Position numbers and translations under genes: made by a program. A stretch of DNA of 11,684 nt from a virus, in the IMG/VR virus record IMGVR_UViG_3300045988_067725, positions 1 through 11,684 of that record. One strand, written 5' to 3'. The notes under the pieces were generated by a model. The model saw only the letters and a program-made list of their open reading frames with translations. It was not told where the DNA came from and searched no databases. Shown here in pieces: positions 1 to 6,208 of the stretch. Each line of letters starts with the position of its first letter. Position 1 is the first letter of the stretch.

Positions 1-42
1 ATGCACCTCGCTCACCTGTCGCCCCTTTCCCCGTGCCGTGAT

Positions 43-87
43 TGTTCCACGTGGAACACACCGCCCACGATGTTTCACGTGAAACAT
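43..87. promoter_or_regulatory. Two adjacent perfect palindromes near the terminus; candidate origin or DNA-binding-protein sites
   Basis: TGTTCCACGTGGAACA (43..58, 16 bp) and ATGTTTCACGTGAAACAT (70..87, 18 bp) are both perfectly self-complementary. They are related (GTTYCAC|GTGRAAC), with centres 28 bp apart. Confidence 0.6.
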
Positions 88-90
88 TAG

Positions 91-118
91 TATTAACATT
101 ATTTAACAATTATTAACG
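91..118. repeat. 10-bp phased A/T-rich repeats (TATTAACA / ATTTAACA / TATTAACG)
   Basis: tattaacatt|atttaacaat|tattaacgtg is three units at exactly 10-bp spacing. They open an A/T-rich block (about 88..205) that follows the G/C-rich tip 1..70. Confidence 0.6.
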
Positions 119-134
119 TGTTGCAAAAAAATTC

Positions 135-185
135 ACAAATGTAAACAGGTTGTTTAGTTTTGTAAACCGTTCAGTTTACATTTGT
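135..185. repeat. Inverted repeat ACAAATGTAAAC ... GTTTACATTTGT (12-bp arms, 27-bp spacer)
   Basis: 135..146 acaaatgtaaac is the exact reverse complement of 174..185 gtttacatttgt. A further TGTAAAC copy lies at 161..167. Confidence 0.7.
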
Positions 186-205
186 AAATTGTAACAAATA
201 TGTTT

Positions 206-235
206 CGTGCCGTGCCGTGTCGTGCCGTAACGTGC
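206..235. repeat. Degenerate pentanucleotide array (CGTGC)n
   Basis: cgtgc cgtgc cgtgt cgtgc cgtaa cgtgc is six in-phase 5-bp units. A short cgtgccgtg copy also occurs at 32..40. Confidence 0.7.
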
Positions 236-256
236 CAACGGTTGCGTGTGTGATGC

Positions 257-321
257 TTTGCCGTGCCTGTTGGCTCAACGTTTGCCCGTGTTGTTAATTT
301 GTACAGGTTTCATACGTTGCC
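257..321 (+). repeat. Direct repeat copy A, inside the ITR (mirrored at 11364..11428)
   Basis: 257..321 aligns with 707..771. The first 40 bp are identical (tttgccgtgcctgttggctcaacgtttgcccgtgttgtta). There are then 4 mismatches (297, 298, 310, 313) before the sequences diverge. Confidence 0.85.
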
Positions 322-406
322 AACAGGTAACAGGGCGTGCCGTATGTGTGCTGTGTGGCTTCAATACGTGCGCCCTGTTGCGTTGTTTTGCTGTTGGTGT
401 ACATTG

Positions 407-714
407 TTACGGGTTCGTGCCTGTTGGCTCAATTACAACGCCCTGTTGCAGTCGGTTTAATATGTCGCTGTATTCTGCTAAATACATACCGTCTGTTTGT
501 AGGTTGTCAATATCAACAAACGTGTTGCGCCCCGTAAAATTGCCGATGCGGTCACGCTTGTTTGCGTTGTACGGTTGTGCCTGTCTGCTCTCATTGTAAC
601 GTATCAGTATGTAAGGCGTTAAACCCTGCAACGTGGTTGTGTCGTTTGTCAGTTCGCCAAATTTGTCGCTATATGTACGATATAACATAGGTGAAACCGC
701 TTTACATTTGCCGT
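407..714 (-). pseudogene. Duplicated 3' fragment of the tail gene (last 102 codons); 93-aa ORF 688->407 with an in-frame ATG
   Basis: The ORF 407..688(-) translates to MLYRTYSDKFGELTNDTTT...VVIEPTGTNP. This is identical to residues 443..535 of the 535-aa product of 9671..11278. Nucleotide identity continues up to 714. Confidence 0.8.
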
Positions 715-771
715 GCCTGTTGGCTCAACGTTTGCCCGTGTTGTTATGTTGTACAGGTTGCAGACGTTGCC
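707..771 (+). repeat. Direct repeat copy B, straddling the inner ITR boundary
   Basis: See copy A. Its first 8 bp (707..714, tttgccgt) are also the last 8 bp of the ITR, equivalent to acggcaaa at 10971..10978 inside the tail gene. Confidence 0.85.
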
Positions 772-836
772 CGTGTGCTTATAATATAATCACTTGCAAA
801 GTATTTCGTTAAAGATTATTAAAATTTTGCCGAAAG

Positions 837-870
837 TTTGCACGTGAACGAAAAATTTGTATTAACTTTG
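837..870 (+). promoter_or_regulatory. Candidate early promoter, Bacteroidota type (TTTG ... TAACTTTG)
   Basis: TAACTTTG at 863..870 fits the Bacteroides -7 consensus TAnnTTTG. A TTTG lies at 837..840, 22 nt upstream. The motif sits 48 nt before the first start codon (918). An alternative sigma70-like pair is TTGCAG 758..763, a 16-nt spacer, then TATAAT 780..785. Confidence 0.35.
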
Positions 871-917
871 CAGCGTGTTTCATTAGTGAAGCACAGAACC
901 GTTAAACAAATATTGAT

Positions 918-1163
918 ATGCAGAACCAAAAAGCACCCGTAATTGAAACAGGTATTACACACGTTGAGTTTGATTTGCAGAACGTGAGCGAAGCAGCGCA
1001 GCAGTACCGCAACCAAACAACGGCAGATGATTTAGACGCTTATATGCGCCTGTTATTCAACGCCTATTGCGACATCAAAAACGTTGCCCGTATGTGTGAC
1101 GTAAACAAAGACGTTGCCGACACGTTGAACCTGTTAACATCAACTATTGACGCACTTTTATAA
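918..1163 (+). CDS. Hypothetical small early protein (81 aa)
   Basis: ATG-initiated ORF and the first gene after the left ITR. Acidic with helical-looking composition and no hydrophobic transmembrane stretch. I recognise no motif. Confidence 0.7.
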   Translation: MQNQKAPVIETGITHVEFDLQNVSEAAQQYRNQTTADDLDAYMRLLFNAYCDIKNVARMCDVNKDVADTLNLLTSTIDALL

Positions 1164-1173
1164 GTTAAACCCT

Positions 1174-1211
1174 AACAGGTGACAGGCGTAAACAAATGCC
1201 TGTTGCCTGTT
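1174..1211 (+). promoter_or_regulatory. Long hairpin between genes 1 and 2 (14-bp stem, 10-nt loop)
   Basis: aacaggtgacaggc (1174..1187) pairs with gcctgttgcctgtt (1198..1211), including 2 G.U pairs in RNA. The loop is gtaaacaaat. No U-tract follows, so it may be an attenuator, a processing site or a protein-binding site rather than a classical terminator. Confidence 0.4.
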
Positions 1212-1230
1212 GCTATATGTACATAAAGCA

Positions 1231-1467
1231 ATGAAGAAAAAGACAGTAGAACAAAAGTACGTATCACGTGAAAAATTCGTGATTGAAATGAACGCTAAAA
1301 ATACAGCGTATGCGTTTATATTGCAGAACGGTTTATTCTTTCAGTTTAAGGCGTTTTGTGAGAAAATGAGAGCCGAAGAACAGGACGCACACAGCCACGG
1401 GGGCAAAGTGGTACGTGAACAGCAGCCGACCCGTGAACAGCAGCCGACACCCGAACAGGGCGCATAG
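1231..1467 (+). CDS. Hypothetical small early protein (78 aa from ATG 1231; the ORF is open from TTG 1210)
   Basis: ORF MKKKTVEQKYVSREKF... with a C-terminal REQQPT-REQQPT-PEQ repeat. I prefer the ATG at 1231 over the TTG at 1210. Confidence 0.65.
   Translation: MKKKTVEQKYVSREKFVIEMNAKNTAYAFILQNGLFFQFKAFCEKMRAEEQDAHSHGGKVVREQQPTREQQPTPEQGA
1414..1449 (+). repeat. 18-bp tandem duplication inside the 78-aa gene
   Basis: cgtgaacagcagccgacc (1414..1431) and cgtgaacagcagccgaca (1432..1449) encode REQQPT twice. Confidence 0.8.
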
Positions 1468-1528
1468 GTTGAAACACCAACCGAGAGTAACGAACCCGAA
1501 AAGTAACAACATCTAAATACGTATTTAT

Positions 1529-1930
1529 ATGAGTTTCGCAAGTAGATTTAACAAAGGCGGTTTCTTTGAGATTGACACCGCAGGTATGCAGTACGTTTCA
1601 CTGCAATGGCTTTACGCCAATTATGGCAACGCCACGTTTATAGTACGTGGTATGTACATCAACACAAAAGGCAATTACGGGGCAACACCAGCCGTTATCA
1701 CAGACGGGGCAGTTGTGAACCTACCTGAACACCTTACCGACACCGTGCGTGACATTATCCACGACACCGAAGCGGTGGAAGACATCAAACAGGGTGCAGT
1801 TGGTTTTACTGTACGTGAGTACGTGAGCAAGAACCCCAAAGCAAAAGGCAAAAAATGCTATACTGTTAATTGGGTTGACATCGTGGACGGTACACAGGTG
1901 CAAGCCGTTGACATCGTAGCAGAGAAATAA
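1529..1930 (+). CDS. Hypothetical early protein (133 aa); speculative ssDNA-binding protein
   Basis: Clean ORF followed immediately by a strong terminator, which suggests a highly expressed product. Its size, its position ahead of the replication genes and its beta-rich, basic C-terminal half (FTVREYVSKNPKAKGKKCYTVNWVDI) resemble phi29 p5-type SSBs. I can confirm no motif. Confidence 0.75.
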   Translation: MSFASRFNKGGFFEIDTAGMQYVSLQWLYANYGNATFIVRGMYINTKGNYGATPAVITDGAVVNLPEHLTDTVRDIIHDTEAVEDIKQGAVGFTVREYVSKNPKAKGKKCYTVNWVDIVDGTQVQAVDIVAEK

Positions 1931-1957
1931 AGGCAGTATATCATACTGTTTAACGGT

Positions 1958-2002
1958 GCGTTGGGGGGTAAAACGTTACCCCTTACCAACGCTTTTTATT
2001 TT
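1958..2002 (+). terminator. Rho-independent terminator after the 133-aa gene
   Basis: There are two 7-bp stems: 1958..1964 with 1986..1992, and 1965..1971 with 1976..1982. The 3' arm has a 3-nt bulge and the loop is 4 nt. TTTTTATTTT follows at 1993..2002. Confidence 0.8.
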
Positions 2003-2016
2003 ATCGTTAAAACAAT

Positions 2017-2634
2017 ATGGCACAAAGTTTTCATTTCTCGTTGCGTGCAACCCGTGGACTTGGCGCACGCATCAAACAAGAGATAATACAGGCAGCAGAG
2101 AGCAGCCCCGAATTACGCAAAGAGATTGCCCGTGTATTCCAACAGGCAAACAGGCGTATTCAGAACGTGGAGCGAAGCGGTAAATTTTCCCCCGCAGTCG
2201 CAGCGTTGGGCGAACTCAACAGCGGTTACAGTAAATTTTCAGTTGGCGGTAAATCGTGGACTGAATTAAAAATGGAGTACGGGCGTGCGGTTTCGTTTTT
2301 GCAACAGCCAACGAGTACAGCCACGGGCGCACGTGAGTACAACAAACAGGTGCAGGCACGTTATAACTTGACTGATACCGAGTACAACGCACTTGCTGAT
2401 GACTATATGGGCAAAATGACATCTTTAACGGGTACTGATTTCGTGGATAAGTATTTGAAGCGTTACAAGGACTTTACAGGTGATTTTGAACAGGCAGCAC
2501 AAAGCAGCAGCGGACAGATAGAGAGTGAAGCGCAACGGCTTGCAAAAGAGTTGCAGGAAGCAATTAACGCAGACGCTGAACGCATCGGCAAAGCGTTTGG
2601 CGAACTTGAAAAAGGTTTTGACCTTAAATTTTAG
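2017..2634 (+). CDS. Candidate terminal (priming) protein, 205 aa
   Basis: Sits 22 nt upstream of the protein-primed DNA polymerase gene, the arrangement seen in phi29, Cp-1 and PRD1. It has a basic N-terminus and a Ser/Tyr-containing, helical acidic C-terminus. The assignment is by position only; I recognise no diagnostic motif. Confidence 0.8.
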   Translation: MAQSFHFSLRATRGLGARIKQEIIQAAESSPELRKEIARVFQQANRRIQNVERSGKFSPAVAALGELNSGYSKFSVGGKSWTELKMEYGRAVSFLQQPTSTATGAREYNKQVQARYNLTDTEYNALADDYMGKMTSLTGTDFVDKYLKRYKDFTGDFEQAAQSSSGQIESEAQRLAKELQEAINADAERIGKAFGELEKGFDLKF

Positions 2635-2656
2635 CCGAAACAACCGTTAAACAGAT

Positions 2657-4864
2657 ATGAAGAAAATAACATTTGTAGAAGACAGTGAGATATATAAACC
2701 GACAGACATAAAGCACGTTTTAGAAATTGCCCTAAATGATAAGAATTTACGGGGCAACAACAAAGGTATTTACACGTATGACGTACCGTGTGCGTTTGAC
2801 ATTGAAACGACATCGTTTTATCGTATGGGTGAAACACAGTACAGTTACGAAGACGTGCAGCAGGTTTTGAAAATCAACCCGAAAGCGAAGTTTGAAAAGT
2901 GTGCAATTATGTACGTTTGGCAACTTGGCATTAACGGGCGTGTTATCGTTGGGCGCACGTGGGGCGAGTTTGTGAACGTGTGCCACACTATTGCCGAGGT
3001 GCTACAACTTGGAGAAAAGAGAAAGTTAATTATATACGTGCATAACTTGGTGTATGAGTTTCAATTTATGCGTTGTTTCTTTGAATGGAGCAACGTATTT
3101 AGCATTGATGAGCGTAAACCAATTTACGCAACTACAACCCTGTTTATTGAGTTTCGGTGTAGTTACCTGTTGACAGGTTACAGTTTGGCGAAGTTGGGCG
3201 AAATGTTGCAGCGTTACAAGGTTAAAAAAATGGTTGGTGATTTGGACTACAACAAAGTAAGACACAGCCAAACGCCCCTAACAGACGCAGAATTACAATA
3301 CTGTATAAATGACGTGCGTGTTGTAATGGCAACAATACAAGAAAAGATAGAAAACGAAAAAGGTATTACCAACATACCCCTAACAAAAACGGGTTACGTG
3401 CGCAAACATTGCCGTAAAAACGCCCTGTATATATTTGACACCGTAACGGGCAAAAGACACCCGAACCACGCTTATTTTGACCTTATGCAAGATTTGCAGG
3501 TGCAGGACTTGAAAGAGTTTGAAGCGTTAAACAGGGCGTTTCAAGGCGGTTTCACGCACGCCAACAGCGCACACGTTGGCAACGTAATTGATAACGTTGC
3601 GTCTTATGACTTTACAAGCAGTTACCCGTATGTAATGGTTGCCGAGCAATACCCAATGAGCCGAGGTCTAAAAGTAACCCCGAAGACACAGGCAGAATTT
3701 GAACACTACATAAACAACTACTGTTGCGTGTTTGACATCGAATTTAATAACATCGTGGCTTGCATCGCACAGGACAACCCAATAAGTGCGTCTAAATGTT
3801 GGAAGCGTGAAAACGTGGTAGAAAACAACGGGCGTGTGTACAGTGCAACCCGAATTTGCACCACAATAACAAACGTTGATTACAGGGTTTACAAAAGATT
3901 TTACACGTGGGATAATTGCCGTATCGGTGCAATGTATGTGTACAAACGTGGGTATTTGCCGACCGAGTTTGTGAAAACAATTTTGCAACTGTACGCAGAC
4001 AAAACAACGTTGAAAGGCGTGCAGGGCAAAGAGGTTGAATATATGGCGAGCAAAGAAATGGTTAACGCCTGTTATGGTATGACAGTGACAAACCCGTTAC
4101 GTGATGAGATAGAGTACAGCGACAAAGACGGGGGCAAATGGAGCGTGAATGAACCCGACAGCAACGCCCGTGCTGAATTGCTTTATAAATACAACATCGC
4201 AAAAAATAGGTTTCTGTTTTATCCGTGGGGGGTATTTGTTACGGCATACGCACGGCGCAACCTGTTTACATGTATTTATATAATCGGTGAAGACTACATA
4301 TATAGCGACACTGACAGCATTAAATTAGCGAACTATGAACGGCACGCAGACTATTTCAACGCCTACAACAAAGAAGTTGCAGCGAAGTTGCAACGGGCGT
4401 GCGCTTGGCATCGCATACCGTTTGAAATGGTAGAACCCCGAACAATAAAGGGTGTAACGAAGCGTTTGGGCGTGTGGGATTTTGAGGGTGTATATTTGCG
4501 GTTTAAGACGTTGGGCGCAAAGCGGTATATGGTGCAGACAGCAAACAACGGCAACGCTGATGATTTTTCGTTGACCGTTTCGGGGTTGAATAAGCGCACG
4601 GCAATACCGTATTTGTATGACAGGTACGGCAACCGCATATTTGACAGGTTTACGGACACCCTGTATATACCACCGCACGCAACAGGCAAGAATTTGCACA
4701 CGTATATTGATTACCCAATACAGGGGCGTATAACTGACTACAACGGGGTAACAATACCGTTTTCAGAACGCACGGGCGTACACTTGGAGCCAACAGATTA
4801 CACGCTTAATTTGTCGGTGCTTTATATGGATTACTTACTTGGCAAACATCTAAAACGTGACTGA
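2657..4864 (+). CDS. Family-B DNA polymerase, protein-primed type (735 aa)
   Basis: Motifs read directly from the translation:
- ExoI: AFDIETTS
- ExoII: YVHNLVYEFQF
- ExoIII: YCINDV
- Motif A: YDFTSSYPY (Dx2SLYP)
- Motif B: KEMVNACYG (Kx3NSxYG)
- Motif C: YSDTDS
- KxY: GAKRY

The context is a linear genome with ITRs. Confidence 0.95.
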   Translation: MKKITFVEDSEIYKPTDIKHVLEIALNDKNLRGNNKGIYTYDVPCAFDIETTSFYRMGETQYSYEDVQQVLKINPKAKFEKCAIMYVWQLGINGRVIVGRTWGEFVNVCHTIAEVLQLGEKRKLIIYVHNLVYEFQFMRCFFEWSNVFSIDERKPIYATTTLFIEFRCSYLLTGYSLAKLGEMLQRYKVKKMVGDLDYNKVRHSQTPLTDAELQYCINDVRVVMATIQEKIENEKGITNIPLTKTGYVRKHCRKNALYIFDTVTGKRHPNHAYFDLMQDLQVQDLKEFEALNRAFQGGFTHANSAHVGNVIDNVASYDFTSSYPYVMVAEQYPMSRGLKVTPKTQAEFEHYINNYCCVFDIEFNNIVACIAQDNPISASKCWKRENVVENNGRVYSATRICTTITNVDYRVYKRFYTWDNCRIGAMYVYKRGYLPTEFVKTILQLYADKTTLKGVQGKEVEYMASKEMVNACYGMTVTNPLRDEIEYSDKDGGKWSVNEPDSNARAELLYKYNIAKNRFLFYPWGVFVTAYARRNLFTCIYIIGEDYIYSDTDSIKLANYERHADYFNAYNKEVAAKLQRACAWHRIPFEMVEPRTIKGVTKRLGVWDFEGVYLRFKTLGAKRYMVQTANNGNADDFSLTVSGLNKRTAIPYLYDRYGNRIFDRFTDTLYIPPHATGKNLHTYIDYPIQGRITDYNGVTIPFSERTGVHLEPTDYTLNLSVLYMDYLLGKHLKRD

Positions 4865-4875
4865 TATGTTAGAGT

Positions 4876-6108
4876 ATGACAACGATCCGTGCAACGGGTG
4901 CAATTATCCGTTATGTGCCGTTTGCCCGTACCGAGATACCGAGAGCGACAAACAGAGTAACGAACCAAAGAAGTACAACAATGAGCAAACGAAAAAGAAA
5001 AAGCGAAAGCGAAAGTAAATTTTACAGTCTGCAACGCCTGTTGGATACAGGCGCAGACTATAACATCGTATTTGGTGAACGAAGCAACGGCAAAACATAC
5101 GCAGCACTGTTGCACGGGTTGCAGAATTATGTAACAACGGGCGAACAAATGGCGTATGTTAGGCGTTGGCGTGAAGACGTGAGGGGCAAACGTGCAGACA
5201 CGTTATTTAGCGGACACGTGCAGAACGGTGTAATAACTGAACTGACAGACGGCAAATATAACGAAGTGTTTTATTTATCCGGCAAATGGTTTTTGTCGTA
5301 CTACAACGCAGACACGAAGAAGCGGACACCGGACGCAAACCCGTTTTGTTACGCCTTTGCGTTATCCGAGGTTGAACACGACAAAAGTACATCGTACCCG
5401 AATGTTACAACAGTCGTGTTTGATGAGTTTATAACACGCAGGTATTATTTGCCTGACGAGTTTGTTATATTTATGAACGTGTTGAGCACAATAATACGAC
5501 AGCGTGACAACGTGCGTGTGTATATGTTGGGCAACACCGTGAACAAGTTTTGCCCGTACTTTGCCGAAATGGGGTTAAACAACGTTGACCGTATGGAGCA
5601 GGGCACAGTTGACGTTTACAAGTTTGGCGAACACGGGGCAACTATTGCCGTGGAGTACGCAGCAGCCACCGAAGCAGCAGCCAAACCGAGCAACAAATAT
5701 TTTTGCTTTGATAACAAGCAGTTGGAAATGATAACGGGCGGTAAATGGGAGTTGGCAATATATCCGCATTTGCCGACAAAATACAAACCGTCTGACATCT
5801 TACTTACATATTTCATTGACTTTAACGGGCAACTGTTGCAGGGCGAAATAATACAGACGGGGGAGCAACTTTTCACGTACATACACCGAAAGACAACCCC
5901 GTTGATTGACGGTGTACTAACTTACAGTTTAACGCCCCGTGCGTTGCCTTGGTACAGGCGCAAATTGTTGAGTACAGCCACGAAGTTAGAAACACGGGTT
6001 GCCCGTTTCTTTGCGACTGAAAAAGTATTCTATCAAGACAACGAAGTTGGCGAAATTGTGCGTAATTACATCATAGTTTCAAGCAAAAACAATGTGCTTA
6101 CCATGTAA
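4876..6108 (+). CDS. DNA packaging (encapsidation) ATPase, phi29 gp16-like; start ambiguous (4876 or 4981)
   Basis: Walker A is FGERSNGKTY and Walker B is TTVVFDEFI. The block SYPNVTTVVFDEFITRRYYLPDEF...VRVYMLGNTVN closely parallels my recollection of phi29 gp16 (YPNVSTIVFDEFI...). The conserved region begins right after Met36 (ATG 4981, MSKRKRKSESESKFYSLQ). The ORF is open from ATG 4876. Confidence 0.9.
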   Translation: MTTIRATGAIIRYVPFARTEIPRATNRVTNQRSTTMSKRKRKSESESKFYSLQRLLDTGADYNIVFGERSNGKTYAALLHGLQNYVTTGEQMAYVRRWREDVRGKRADTLFSGHVQNGVITELTDGKYNEVFYLSGKWFLSYYNADTKKRTPDANPFCYAFALSEVEHDKSTSYPNVTTVVFDEFITRRYYLPDEFVIFMNVLSTIIRQRDNVRVYMLGNTVNKFCPYFAEMGLNNVDRMEQGTVDVYKFGEHGATIAVEYAAATEAAAKPSNKYFCFDNKQLEMITGGKWELAIYPHLPTKYKPSDILLTYFIDFNGQLLQGEIIQTGEQLFTYIHRKTTPLIDGVLTYSLTPRALPWYRRKLLSTATKLETRVARFFATEKVFYQDNEVGEIVRNYIIVSSKNNVLTM

Positions 6109-6121
6109 TCACTTTGAAAAA

Positions 6122-6170
6122 CGTGGAACAATACAAATTTTTTCGTGGAACATTGAAAGTTTCACGAAAA
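6122..6170. promoter_or_regulatory. Cluster of three GTTYCACG half-sites, including a 12-bp-arm inverted repeat
   Basis: CGTGGAAC occurs at 6122..6129 and 6144..6151, spaced 22 bp apart. GTTTCACG occurs at 6159..6166. TTTTCGTGGAAC (6140..6151) pairs with GTTTCACGAAAA (6159..6170) at 11 of 12 positions, with a 7-nt spacer. This is the same half-site as in the terminal palindromes. Confidence 0.55.
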
Positions 6171-6173
6171 TTA

Positions 6174-6185
6174 TTTGTACCTTTG
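6174..6185 (+). promoter_or_regulatory. Candidate late (structural operon) promoter -7 element, TACCTTTG
   Basis: TACCTTTG at 6178..6185 fits TAnnTTTG. It lies 24 nt upstream of the portal ATG (6209), in the only sizeable internal intergenic gap (6109..6208). Confidence 0.4.
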
Positions 6186-6208
6186 CAAATAATTTATTAT
6201 AGAACCGT

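Larger units (their letters stand above)
1..714. repeat. Left inverted terminal repeat (ITR-L), 714 bp
   Basis: Bases 1..714 are the reverse complement of 10971..11684. I checked this base by base at the tips (atgcacctcgctcacc... vs ...ggtgagcgaggtgcat) and at the inner boundary. In between it is confirmed by identical mirrored ORF translations (246..599+ = 11086..11439-, and 407..688- = the C-terminus of 9671..11278+). The match ends after ...catttgccgt at 714; the left arm continues gcctgt while the right-arm complement continues tgtata. Confidence 0.93.

Noticed and set aside
246-599. 117-aa, 65-aa and 66-aa ORFs inside the ITR, reading inward from each end (mirrored at 11086..11439)
   Set aside because: They are Cys/Leu/Val-rich low-complexity translations of the G/T-rich strand. 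The longest has a GTG start. They are largely antisense to the conserved tail-gene C-terminus, and I recognise no motif. They are most likely by-products of strand composition.
1956-2183. 75-aa + strand ORF overlapping the terminator and the start of the 205-aa gene
   Set aside because: It starts inside the terminator hairpin and overlaps the longer, better-placed ORF 2017..2634 in another frame.
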